Source of the DNA: Planctomycetota bacterium
Lineage (GTDB): Bacteria; Planctomycetota; Phycisphaerae; UBA1845
Reading direction: 5' to 3'
NCBI GenBank assembly: GCA_030616775.1
Contig: JAUWWQ010000003.1
Span: 10,794-74,793 of the forward strand
Length of the DNA stretch: 64,000 nucleotides
Shown: positions 46,842 through 56,034 of the stretch, one piece after another
Position numbering within the stretch: the stretch's first letter is position 1
Layout: each line of letters begins with the position of its first letter
Translations under genes and position numbers: made by a program
Notes under the pieces: generated by a model
What the model was told of the DNA's origin: nothing
The model's input: only the letters and a program-made list of their open reading frames with translations
The model's database searches: none

Positions 46842-48665
46842 ATGGAGCACAACAGATACGAGCGAAGGTTATGGACCGTCGCGGTGGGGCTTTTACTTGT
46901 TGTAGCCAGTTGGCCGGCCACCGCAGGGGGAGAGGAGCGGTCACCGACCCCGAAGGGCGTTCAGCCCCGTGAGGTTGTTCTGGAGAACGGGCTTACCATC
47001 CTTCTTGTCGAGCGGCACGAGCAACCCACCGTTGCCTGTGGCCTGTTCTACGACGTGGGTGGAGCCAACGACCCCCAGGGCAAGAGCGGGATTGCCCATA
47101 TGTTCGAGCACATGATGTTCAAGGGCTCGAGGGTCATAGGGACCAGTGACTACAAGGCGGAGCGCTCGTACGTCGAGGCCCAGGACAAGCTTCGGGCGAA
47201 GATGAACACCGAGATGAACAAGATGCGCCTGATGAAGCGCCGCGGCGTGATCGACGACGTGCTCGATCCCAAGCAGTGGACTCCAGACTATGCCGCAATG
47301 AAGAAGCAGTATGATGAACTCGTCGAAGCCGAGCGGACCTACATCAAGAACAACGAGTTCTTCAACCTCTACACGACCAACGGCGGTGCCCGGCTTAACG
47401 CCGGCACGATGGAAGACGCGACGATGTATTTCGTCCAGCTTCCAGCCAACAAGCTGGAGTTGTTCTTCTGGATGGAGTCCGACCGAATGGTCAACGGGAT
47501 TATGCGTGAGTTCTACGTCGAACGGGACAACGTTCGTGAAGAGCGCCGTCTGGGGGTGGAGAGCACGCCTACCGGCAAGTACAACGAGGCCTTTGACGCC
47601 CTGTTCTGGCAATCGCACCCGTACGGTGTCCCGGTGATCGGCTGGGCGTCGGAAGTGGAGTCCATCACGCGCGATGACGTACGCGACTTTTACAAGATCT
47701 ACTACGCGCCCAACAATGCTCGCATGGTGCTGGTGGGGGACTTCGACTCCGACAAGGCGGTCGAAATGGCCAAGCGGTACTTCGGTCGACTCCCCCGGGG
47801 TGTCAAAGGGCCGCCACCGGTCATTACCGAGGAGCCCAAGCCCGTCGCGGAGCGACGGCTTCATGCCGAGGCCGAGACCAACCCTCGAGTCAGGATGCGC
47901 TACCACACCGCTGCCATCGGCCACACCGACGAAGCGGCTCTTGCTGTGCTGGCTCAGCTACTTTCGGGCAAGACCGGACGCCTCTATAAACGCTTGGTGA
48001 CCAAAGAGGACGCAGCCATCGGTGAGCCGCGGGCGCGCAATCAGGGTCGGAAATATGCCGGCTATTTCGAGGTCAATGTAACCGTCAAGGAAGTCCGAAC
48101 GCCGGAAGAGGTCGAACAGTTTGTTCTCGAAGAAATCGACAAGCTCCGCGACGGCGAGATCACCGACCATGAGCTTCAGAAGGTCAAGAACCAGGTGCTG
48201 GCCTCTTCCGTACGCCGGCTCAAGAGCAACCTGGGGCTCATGTTTCAGCTCGGCCTGTATGATACGTGGTACGACTGGAGCTACATCAACGAAGCACCTG
48301 AGCGGATGCTGAAAGTTACCGCGGACGACGTTCGTCAGGTGGTCAAGGAGTACTTCGATCCCAAAACGCGAACCGTCGCGATCTATCGCACCAAGGTAGG
48401 GGCCCCGAGTGAGGGCGAAGACCCCGAGCTGGCGGCGATACTGGAGAAGCTGTCGCCGCAGCAACGCGATCGAACCAAGGCGATGATCACGCGGATCAGG
48501 GAATCCACCGATCTTGACCGACTCAAACCCATGTTGCAGATAATGGAGCAGGGAGCGTCGTCGGATCAGATCCCCGAAGAGCAGAAGATGATGTTCGAGT
48601 ATGTGCTGAAGGTGCTCAGCGCGCGCGCGGCCGAGCTTGAAGCCGCTGACAAGGAGTCGGATTAA
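46842..48665 (+). CDS. M16 (pitrilysin) family zinc peptidase, catalytic-type subunit
   Basis: Inverted zinc motif HMFEHMMFKG (HxxEH). Signal peptide present. The ATG is preceded by GGAGA. Confidence 0.85.
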   Translation: MEHNRYERRLWTVAVGLLLVVASWPATAGGEERSPTPKGVQPREVVLENGLTILLVERHEQPTVACGLFYDVGGANDPQGKSGIAHMFEHMMFKGSRVIGTSDYKAERSYVEAQDKLRAKMNTEMNKMRLMKRRGVIDDVLDPKQWTPDYAAMKKQYDELVEAERTYIKNNEFFNLYTTNGGARLNAGTMEDATMYFVQLPANKLELFFWMESDRMVNGIMREFYVERDNVREERRLGVESTPTGKYNEAFDALFWQSHPYGVPVIGWASEVESITRDDVRDFYKIYYAPNNARMVLVGDFDSDKAVEMAKRYFGRLPRGVKGPPPVITEEPKPVAERRLHAEAETNPRVRMRYHTAAIGHTDEAALAVLAQLLSGKTGRLYKRLVTKEDAAIGEPRARNQGRKYAGYFEVNVTVKEVRTPEEVEQFVLEEIDKLRDGEITDHELQKVKNQVLASSVRRLKSNLGLMFQLGLYDTWYDWSYINEAPERMLKVTADDVRQVVKEYFDPKTRTVAIYRTKVGAPSEGEDPELAAILEKLSPQQRDRTKAMITRIRESTDLDRLKPMLQIMEQGASSDQIPEEQKMMFEYVLKVLSARAAELEAADKESD

Positions 48666-48666
48666 C

Positions 48667-50148
48667 ATGTGTAAGAGAATCAATCTATGGATTGGAATCG
48701 GATTGGTGGTATGTGCGACGGCCGCGCTGCAGGCGGAGGAACCGCTCCCGGGCCATCCAAAGGATCTTCAGTATGCCCCGCTGGATTTCAAGCTGCCGCC
48801 GGCGTCACAGTTTAGGGAGGTGCTCTCCAACGGCCTGGTGGTTTACATCGCCGAGGACCGCATGCTTCCGACGTTCGACATGACGGTGACGATTCGCACC
48901 GGCTCCGCGGTTGAGCCGCCGGATAAGGTCGGCCTGGCGTCGCTGGCCGGTGAGCAGATGCGCGATGGCGGAACGAAGAACCTCACCCCGGAAGAGCTGG
49001 ACGAACGGGTCGAATTCCTCGCCGCCTCGCTGTACAGCCACATCGGTGAGACGCGCGGGGAGGCTGGGCTCTTTTGCCTGGCCAAGGACATCGATGAGGG
49101 GCTCGGGTTACTCGTCGAAGTGCTTCGCTATCCGCGGTTCGACGGGGAGCGTTTGCGCATGGCCAATGATCGGATGTTGCAGAACGTCAAGCGCCGCAAC
49201 GATTCGACCAGGTCGATTTCCCGGATCGAGTGGGGCTTTCTGATGGACGGGGAGAGCCATTTCGGCAACCGGTACCCGTCCTCAAATACGATCAAAGCGG
49301 TCACACGGGAAGATCTGTTTGCCTTTCACCGCAAATACATCCATCCCGGGAACATGATCCTCGCCGTTGCTGGCGACTTCGACCGAGCGGCGATGCTCAA
49401 GAAGCTCGAGAAGGCCTTCATCGACTGGCCCACCGGCGAGACGGGTCCGCAGAACTTTCCGGCGCCGGACCACACACCCACACCCGGCGTCTACATGATC
49501 CACAAGGAGGACGTCAATCAGGGAAGGGTGACAATCGGGCATAAGGCGATCATGCGCGGCAGCCCTGATGAGTATGCCTTGCGGGTGATGAACGGCATCC
49601 TCGGTGCCTCGGGTTTTCGCTCCCGTTTGGTGGCCAAGGTTCGGTCGGATGAAGGGTTGGCCTACAACACAGGCAGCCGTTTCAACCAGGGTGTCTACTA
49701 CCCCGGCAATTTCCAGTGCTGGTTCCAGAGCAAGAGTAACTCGTGTGCGTATGCCACGAATCTGGTGCTCAACGAGATCAAACGCCTGCGGGATGAGAAG
49801 GTAGGCCAGAAGGACCTCGATGACGCTATCGCCTATTACGTGGAGAGCTTTCCGCAGCGGTTTCCTAGCAGACTGTCTCTTTTGGAGGCCTATGTGGACG
49901 ACGAATACACCGGCCGCGATCCGAATTACTGGCAGAGCTATGTCGACAACCTCAGTGGCGTGACCGTTGATGACGTGCAGCGGGTGGCCAAAAAGTACCT
50001 GCATCCCGACCGGCTTGTGGTTCTGGCCGTCGGTGACGCCGAGGCGATGAAGGCCGGCGGACATGACAAGGCCCCTGAATTGCGTTTCGACGCTTTCGGG
50101 CAGATGAAGCAATTGCCGCTCCGCGACCCCGATACGCTGAGAAGGTAG
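48667..50148 (+). CDS. M16 family peptidase, partner subunit lacking HxxEH
   Basis: M16 fold similarity with no HxxEH motif. It starts 1 nt after the upstream stop. Confidence 0.75.
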   Translation: MCKRINLWIGIGLVVCATAALQAEEPLPGHPKDLQYAPLDFKLPPASQFREVLSNGLVVYIAEDRMLPTFDMTVTIRTGSAVEPPDKVGLASLAGEQMRDGGTKNLTPEELDERVEFLAASLYSHIGETRGEAGLFCLAKDIDEGLGLLVEVLRYPRFDGERLRMANDRMLQNVKRRNDSTRSISRIEWGFLMDGESHFGNRYPSSNTIKAVTREDLFAFHRKYIHPGNMILAVAGDFDRAAMLKKLEKAFIDWPTGETGPQNFPAPDHTPTPGVYMIHKEDVNQGRVTIGHKAIMRGSPDEYALRVMNGILGASGFRSRLVAKVRSDEGLAYNTGSRFNQGVYYPGNFQCWFQSKSNSCAYATNLVLNEIKRLRDEKVGQKDLDDAIAYYVESFPQRFPSRLSLLEAYVDDEYTGRDPNYWQSYVDNLSGVTVDDVQRVAKKYLHPDRLVVLAVGDAEAMKAGGHDKAPELRFDAFGQMKQLPLRDPDTLRR

Positions 50149-50254
50149 CCCCGGGTCGGATGCCGATGTCCGCCCGCTTGAGTCCTTTGGCATTCATAGG
50201 GGCGGCTGAGAAGCCGCACCTGTATGTGCGCCTGCCGCGGGTAGCATACCTGCC

Positions 50255-50854
50255 ATGACTCGATGCCGACCAAGGGCACCGATGCGTTTGCGAGTTGTGG
50301 TTACCCGTCCAGGCCTGGTGAGGTATGGTGTCATTGCATTGTGCTCGGTGGCCGTGGTGCCACCGGTCACAGCGGCGGACAAGCCCAAGGTGACTATCAC
50401 CGGCGGCGCCGACGCCTCCGGGCAACATTACGCTTGGACTGTGACCAACCGACACACCTCCCCGATCGTCTACGTTGAGTTTCCACACTATCACGCCGAT
50501 CTATTCTTCGCCCCGGAGAACTGGTCCACTAAGACAACCGCCCTGGTGAATGTGGGTTACAAGGATGAACCTGGTGTGTGCATCGCAAGAGTCGAGTCGC
50601 CGGCCGCAGGTATACACCTGGGCGGAGCCCTCGACTTTGGCATGCGGATCGCCCCTCTACCAACAAAACGCGGAAAAGGGACTGTGTTGGTTCGATTCGC
50701 GGACGGAACCGAATCCGGTGTCGCCGGAGTGGAGTTACCCCAACCCAGAGGTGTGTGGGACAAGTACGCTTCGCTGATCGGACTCGGCGCAATATTCCTG
50801 CTGTGGATCATATTTCGAGCAAGGCGCTGGGCGAAGGCCCGTCGCACAGCGTAA
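50255..50854 (+). CDS. Hypothetical secreted protein with a C-terminal TM anchor
   Basis: Signal-like N-terminus (alternative ATG at 50282). The C-terminus reads LIGLGAIFLLWIIFRARRW. Confidence 0.45.
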   Translation: MTRCRPRAPMRLRVVVTRPGLVRYGVIALCSVAVVPPVTAADKPKVTITGGADASGQHYAWTVTNRHTSPIVYVEFPHYHADLFFAPENWSTKTTALVNVGYKDEPGVCIARVESPAAGIHLGGALDFGMRIAPLPTKRGKGTVLVRFADGTESGVAGVELPQPRGVWDKYASLIGLGAIFLLWIIFRARRWAKARRTA

Positions 50855-50862
50855 ACCACAAC

Positions 50863-52185
50863 ATGCGTAGTGCATCCAAACGAACCTTATTAGGCGTGCT
50901 CGTGATAGGCGCTTTCGCCCTACGCCTTGCGTTTTGCGCCGGGACGACCGGACTGGGACGGTCTTTGGGGAAGGATTATCGCGAGTACATTGTCGCGGGG
51001 CAGCGTCTGCTCGAACACGGCACCTTGACGAGTCCGTTCATCACCTCAGATTCAACCACGACCCCCTCTGCGCTTCTGCCGCCACTCTACGCAGGGCTGG
51101 TGGCAGCCGTTTACAAGCTTCTAGGAACCGAAACCTTCCTGGCTACGCTTGCACTGCAGGTACTGAATGCCATCGCCACGTCAGTGACCGTCCTATTCGT
51201 CTTCTTGATCGCTCGACGCGTTGGCGGGGTCCGCGCAGCCTGGATAGCCGCTCTTCTCGCAGCGATCAACCCGATGCTCTTGGGGTTTACTACATATATT
51301 TGGGACACCAACGTATTCTGTTTTGGGGTTGTCTTCGGGGTATGGTTGGCGCTCCATGTATCGGACAAGCCGATCGGTTGGCCTGGTTGGCTGGGATTGG
51401 GATTATATCTTGGGGCATTAGCTCTACTGAATCCGGCCCTGACCATAGCCTATCCGTTGCTCGTGCTCTGGCCACTGAGCAAAACGCATGGGTGGAGGTT
51501 TGGAGCGATGCTCGGCCCAATCGGCATGACGGTATGCGGCTGGCTGGTCGCCGTCATGCCTTGGACGGTCCGGAACTACGTTCATTTTGGCGAGCTGATG
51601 TACATCCGCAGCGGCCTCATGCATGAGTTGTGGCTGGGCGTGTGCCCCGAGGCCGATACAAACCCGGCCGCTATCTTCCGACGTCAGTCCCCGCTTCAGG
51701 ACGGTGAGGCGCAGCACAGAATCGCCTCGATTGGCGAGCAGGCGTACATCAAGGAATGCAGCCAGCGCGCCAGGACGGCGATCTCGGCCAACCCGTGGCG
51801 GTTCGCACGGCTGGTAGCGCTGCGTACCACGGACTATTGGGCGGGTACGCTGTTCAGTCATAGGCGTCCTGGTGGCACCGGGTGGCCACAATCGCCGACG
51901 CGTCTCGCAGTCATGCTCTTCTTACAAATCGAAGGATTCGCCATCGTGGTGTGTCTTTTGGCGCGACGGAAGATCAGCCTTGACCTGCGATGGTTGTTGG
52001 CGATCGCCCTTTTGTTCTCACTCGTTTATTGCGTAACGCACGTGCAGTTGCGTTTTCGTGCGCCCATCGAGCCGATTATGGCGGTCCTTGCCGCAGTTTC
52101 TGTCACGGATATGGTCGGTGCGGTGCGTTCCCGCCGGGTTTTGTCGGCAGACACAAGTGCAGTAGATAACGATTACAGCACCTAA
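50863..52185 (+). CDS. Polytopic GT-C-type glycosyltransferase-like protein (ArnT/PMT, GT39-like)
   Basis: More than 9 TM segments with GT39-like topology and sequence feel. The start is taken at the ATG at 50863, because the upstream part of the long ORF overlaps the previous gene. Confidence 0.5.
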   Translation: MRSASKRTLLGVLVIGAFALRLAFCAGTTGLGRSLGKDYREYIVAGQRLLEHGTLTSPFITSDSTTTPSALLPPLYAGLVAAVYKLLGTETFLATLALQVLNAIATSVTVLFVFLIARRVGGVRAAWIAALLAAINPMLLGFTTYIWDTNVFCFGVVFGVWLALHVSDKPIGWPGWLGLGLYLGALALLNPALTIAYPLLVLWPLSKTHGWRFGAMLGPIGMTVCGWLVAVMPWTVRNYVHFGELMYIRSGLMHELWLGVCPEADTNPAAIFRRQSPLQDGEAQHRIASIGEQAYIKECSQRARTAISANPWRFARLVALRTTDYWAGTLFSHRRPGGTGWPQSPTRLAVMLFLQIEGFAIVVCLLARRKISLDLRWLLAIALLFSLVYCVTHVQLRFRAPIEPIMAVLAAVSVTDMVGAVRSRRVLSADTSAVDNDYST

Positions 52186-52298
52186 CGCTCCCGCAACCAG
52201 CGGTACCAGCGCAATCGCCATAGGAGCGCACGTGTACCAGCCCTGGTCCTTACTTGACACTCGAAGATTTCAGTGTACCGTTTATATTGCAGAACGGT

Positions 52299-53420
52299 AT
52301 GGATACGGAAGTAATCAAAACCGACCCCCAGGTCGGCGGGGCCGATGCGGTCCGCCGCGCGGTGGAAGTCCTCACAGGCAGCGGACTAGTCGCCTTTCCG
52401 ACGGAGACGGTGTATGGAGTGGCCGCGCGGGTCGACGATCCCGCAGCGCTGAAGCGCCTCCGAAACGTAAAGTCGCGCACGGCGGACCAAGCTTTTACCG
52501 TGCACGTCGGTTCACCTGGTGAGGCGGTACGCTTCGCCCCGGGGCTTGAAGGACTGGCCTCTCGATTCGTTCGCAAGGCTTGGCCGGGTCCCTTGACGCT
52601 CGTTGTCTCCGTAGAGGATCCGGCAGCGGCGGCGGTTATGTCCGATCTTGATGGTTCAGCCGCTGCGGCGATGTACCATGACGGCACGATTGGGCTCAGG
52701 TGCCCGGACGACCCCTTCGCTGGGGCGTTGCTCCGAGCCGTGGAGGTGCCGGTCGTCGCGGCGAGTGCGAACCGGGCAGGCCGCCCGGCGCCCTGCAGCG
52801 GCGACGACGTGCTAAGGGAACTCGATGGTCAGATTGACCTGTTGGTAGACACCGGTCACACAAAGTACGCGAGACCGTCGACAATTGTGCGGGTGACCGG
52901 GTCGTCGTACGAACTGGTTCGTGAGGGCGTGTACGATGCCGGCCTGGTCAAGCGATTGTCGGTGCTACGCCTGCTGCTGGTGTGCACCGGGAATACCTGC
53001 CGCAGTCCGATGGCGGTTGCACTGGCCAGAGACATGCTGGCTCAGCGGCTTTGCTGCGGCGTTTCGGAGCTGTCGGAACGAGGGGTCGAAGTGCGTTCGG
53101 CCGGCACGGCTGGCGGCTGGGGCGGGGCCTCGCCCAACGCGATGACGGTGATAGAACGGCGGGGACTCGACCTGTCGGGGCATGAGTCGGCCGCCCTGAC
53201 GCCCGAAATGATCCAACAGGCGGATTACATCTTCGCCATGACGCGGTCGCATCGCGACACGATTATCAATATGGTTCCATCGGCCGAAGAGCGCGTTGCC
53301 CTATTGGTCGACGGGCAGGACATTCGTGATCCCATTGGCGGATCTGTGGATGACTATGAGAAGTGCGCACGGATGGCCGAAAAAGGGCTTCAGGCCCGAC
53401 TACAGGAGGTGATCGTATGA
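52299..53420 (+). CDS. Fusion of L-threonylcarbamoyladenylate synthase (Sua5/YwlC/TsaC, YrdC domain) to a low-molecular-weight protein phosphatase
   Basis: YrdC motifs (VAFPTETVYGVAA, SANRAG). The C-terminal domain carries the LMW-PTP P-loop LLLVCTGNTCRSPMA and DPIG. Confidence 0.85.
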   Translation: MDTEVIKTDPQVGGADAVRRAVEVLTGSGLVAFPTETVYGVAARVDDPAALKRLRNVKSRTADQAFTVHVGSPGEAVRFAPGLEGLASRFVRKAWPGPLTLVVSVEDPAAAAVMSDLDGSAAAAMYHDGTIGLRCPDDPFAGALLRAVEVPVVAASANRAGRPAPCSGDDVLRELDGQIDLLVDTGHTKYARPSTIVRVTGSSYELVREGVYDAGLVKRLSVLRLLLVCTGNTCRSPMAVALARDMLAQRLCCGVSELSERGVEVRSAGTAGGWGGASPNAMTVIERRGLDLSGHESAALTPEMIQQADYIFAMTRSHRDTIINMVPSAEERVALLVDGQDIRDPIGGSVDDYEKCARMAEKGLQARLQEVIV

Positions 53421-53875
53421 AGGTAGCTCTGTCCAGCGACCATCGGGGGTTTCATGCCAAGGAGCAAATCAAAGCTTACCTGACCAACGCGGGGCATCAT
53501 GTAGTCGACTTCGGATGCGACGCCCCTGTGAGTTGTGATTACCCCGAGCATGCGCTCACCGGGGCCAAATCGGTTGGCTCCGGGGAGACGGATCGCGGGA
53601 TCTTTTTTTGCGGCACAGGTATCGGGATGTCCATGACGGCCAACAAGGTGGCGGGGATACGTGCCGCGCTGTGTCATGATGAACTGACGGCTGAGATGTC
53701 ACGTCGACATAACGACGCCAATGTCCTCTGCCTGCCCGCCGACCTTCTCGGCGACGAGCTGATCCGCCGTGTGGTGGACGTCTGGCTGCGCACCGAGTTT
53801 GAGGGCGGCCGCCACGAGCACCGACTGAAGATAATCGCCGACTTCGAGAGAAACGGTCAGTGGACCGACAAGTAG
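53417..53875 (+). CDS. rpiB: Ribose-5-phosphate isomerase B
   Basis: RpiB/LacAB motifs (SDHRGF, GIFFCGTGIGMSMTANK, GGRH). ATGA start/stop overlap with the upstream gene. GGAGGT precedes the ATG. Confidence 0.9.
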   Translation: MKVALSSDHRGFHAKEQIKAYLTNAGHHVVDFGCDAPVSCDYPEHALTGAKSVGSGETDRGIFFCGTGIGMSMTANKVAGIRAALCHDELTAEMSRRHNDANVLCLPADLLGDELIRRVVDVWLRTEFEGGRHEHRLKIIADFERNGQWTDK

Positions 53876-54024
53876 AGCCGGTCCCTGGGTTTGTAGCGAT
53901 CCGTACCGGCAAGGATTTCAACAGGCGAGGGCGAGTACCCCAGCGCCTATGCCAACGCCGGCGCGCAGGTCTTACTTGGCAACGAGGGTATGGCAGCAAC
54001 GGCAATCCCGTCGGGCCGTGAAGG

Positions 54025-54711
54025 ATGACGGACACAGCCGGTTACTACGTCGACGGCCTTTCAGCAGAGCGGCTGAGGAAGTGCTACGAAGTAGCGCCAC
54101 CACGGGTGCGCAGGTATCTAGAGGCTGAACTCAGCCACGTTCTGGATCAGATCCGTTCGTCTCATTGTGTGCTGGAGCTAGGGTGCGGCTACGGGCGGAT
54201 TCTGGACAAGCTGGCCACCAAGGCCAGAACGGTTGTGGGGATTGACACCTCGCCGTTGAGTCTAGAGCTTGGTGGAAGCCTGTTGACCCGGTCTCCCAAC
54301 TGTCATCTGGCGGCCATGGACGCTGTCTCTCTGGGCTTCGCCGACGCGGTATTCGACGTGGTTGTCTGCATCCAAAACGGCATATCGGCTTTCAAGGTCG
54401 ACCAGCAGGCGCTCATTAAGGAAAGTGTGCGGGTGACCAAACCGGGCGGGACGGTACTGTTTTCGAGCTACGCGAGCGAGTTTTGGAGCGATCGACTGGA
54501 GTGGTTCAGCCTCCAAGCGCAGCACCGGTTGATCGGGGAAATCGACTGGCAGCAGACTCGCGACGGGGTAATCGTCTGCAAAGACGGGTTCAAAGCCACC
54601 ACGATCGGACCGGACGGGTTTCGGGCCCTGTGCTCCTCGCTGGGGCTCGAACCTCGGATCGAGGTGGTCGACGGTTCGAGTGTCTTTTGCGAGATTGACG
54701 TCAGCTCATAG
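54025..54711 (+). CDS. Class I SAM-dependent methyltransferase
   Basis: Motif I VLELGCGYGR and the post-I residues VVGIDTS. Confidence 0.75.
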   Translation: MTDTAGYYVDGLSAERLRKCYEVAPPRVRRYLEAELSHVLDQIRSSHCVLELGCGYGRILDKLATKARTVVGIDTSPLSLELGGSLLTRSPNCHLAAMDAVSLGFADAVFDVVVCIQNGISAFKVDQQALIKESVRVTKPGGTVLFSSYASEFWSDRLEWFSLQAQHRLIGEIDWQQTRDGVIVCKDGFKATTIGPDGFRALCSSLGLEPRIEVVDGSSVFCEIDVSS

Positions 54712-54864
54712 CCATCCCGTGATTGGAGGTCTTGAGGAAACGAAGGATGAGTGTCCAGCGTTTTCAACCGTGCAGGTGCAATGCTGTTTTATCGGTGGCG
54801 CACGCAAACCCTGAGCGGGGAGGTATGCATTCGTCGCAGGGTAAACCGCGCAGCTCGACACTTG

Positions 54865-55521
54865 CTATGGGATTGGCTTCCTGCGTGTGTAAACGATCTC
54901 CAGAATCCTGAACTCCTTCCCGTCTGCTCCAGGCTCGTGCAGCTCGAGAATATGCTTGTCGTCGTCCACGAACCGGGTGATACCCCGGCTGGGCCTCTTA
55001 GTACCGGTCCACGGGTCGCCATGTTGCCCGACAAACGTGATCAGTTCGCACGAATCTGCACACGTGCCGAAATTGGTCGTGATCGCCGTGTTCATCGTGT
55101 CCACCCACACGGAGGTGTACTTTTTCTCAAAGCTATCGTAGCCGTAGATGGCCAGCCCTTGGAATGGCAGTGCCAGGCTACCGCCGTCGAACTCTTCGAG
55201 CAGGAACCGATTGCCGAGAATCCACTTGCGCCGGCAGGTGCCTTCAGATTCAACAACCGGGGCCTCAGAGTTCATCCGGTACTTGATGGCCAGGTTCCAG
55301 CTACCGGCCATTCTCTCAAGGACCTTGTGGTGCTCACCGGGCATGGCGTATCGAACCCACGTGTCTACCAGGGAGTCGGTATCCGGGCCGGCGTCGGACT
55401 TACCGGCTTTTTCAGGCTCGGGCTTCGCTGGGGACTGGTCATTCTGGGAAACGACCTTATTGGCAGCTAAGGCAGCTACACCGACGAGCGACAGGACATA
55501 CAACAACGTCCGCGGTTTCAT
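54865..55521 (-). CDS. DUF1579-like secreted protein
   Basis: Signal peptide. The GEHHKVLERMAGSWN...WVDTM pattern is typical of DUF1579. Confidence 0.6.
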   Translation of the reverse strand: MKPRTLLYVLSLVGVAALAANKVVSQNDQSPAKPEPEKAGKSDAGPDTDSLVDTWVRYAMPGEHHKVLERMAGSWNLAIKYRMNSEAPVVESEGTCRRKWILGNRFLLEEFDGGSLALPFQGLAIYGYDSFEKKYTSVWVDTMNTAITTNFGTCADSCELITFVGQHGDPWTGTKRPSRGITRFVDDDKHILELHEPGADGKEFRILEIVYTRRKPIP

Positions 55522-56034
55522 AATCCTGGATCCTTTCGCATTCGAGCCGGGCTCACCCCGCGTGGAAGCATAACCGAGTAACAGGCTGTGCCCTAATGGG
55601 AAGACGGGGCGTGTTTCGCACGCCGGCCCCTTCCTCCGTATCCTGCGTTACGCGGGGCGCGCCCTGCTCCCGTGGCCCCACGCTGCTGCACTCGGTTCTT
55701 GCTGCCGACTTCCCTGCGAGGCTGAGCCGGTGGGTACGGCAATTGCTCGGCATATTACCGCAGTACATCCGTGTCCGGATACGGGCGTGGCAATCCTGTT
55801 TATGAGCACGCCGGTCAAGTTGGCACGGACTGGCCTTGCACGCTACTGTACGCGTTGTAGCTGACCCGGAACACCAGGTCGCGGCCCACACATGGGCGAC
55901 GTGAGGCGCGTTGCGGAGATTGACCCGGCTTTCAAGCATGGGCTTCGCAAATGGATCGGAAAGACCGCCCGAGCGGCTTGACTATAGGTGGATTCACACG
56001 GATTGCGGCTCTGAGCGGCCGGAAAGGATAACCG

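Noticed and set aside
48615-48650. GCGCGCGGCCGAGCTTGAAGCCGCTGAC at the 3' end of the first M16 gene as a possible in-frame element copy
   Set aside because: Similarity is limited to short GC-rich runs plus TGAAGCC, and no convincing hairpin can be drawn. Chance resemblance in Ala/Arg-rich coding sequence is likely.
54751-55470. 239-aa ORF on the plus strand
   Set aside because: It overlaps the minus-strand DUF1579-like gene. That gene has a clear signal peptide and a family-like sequence, while the plus-strand product has no features.
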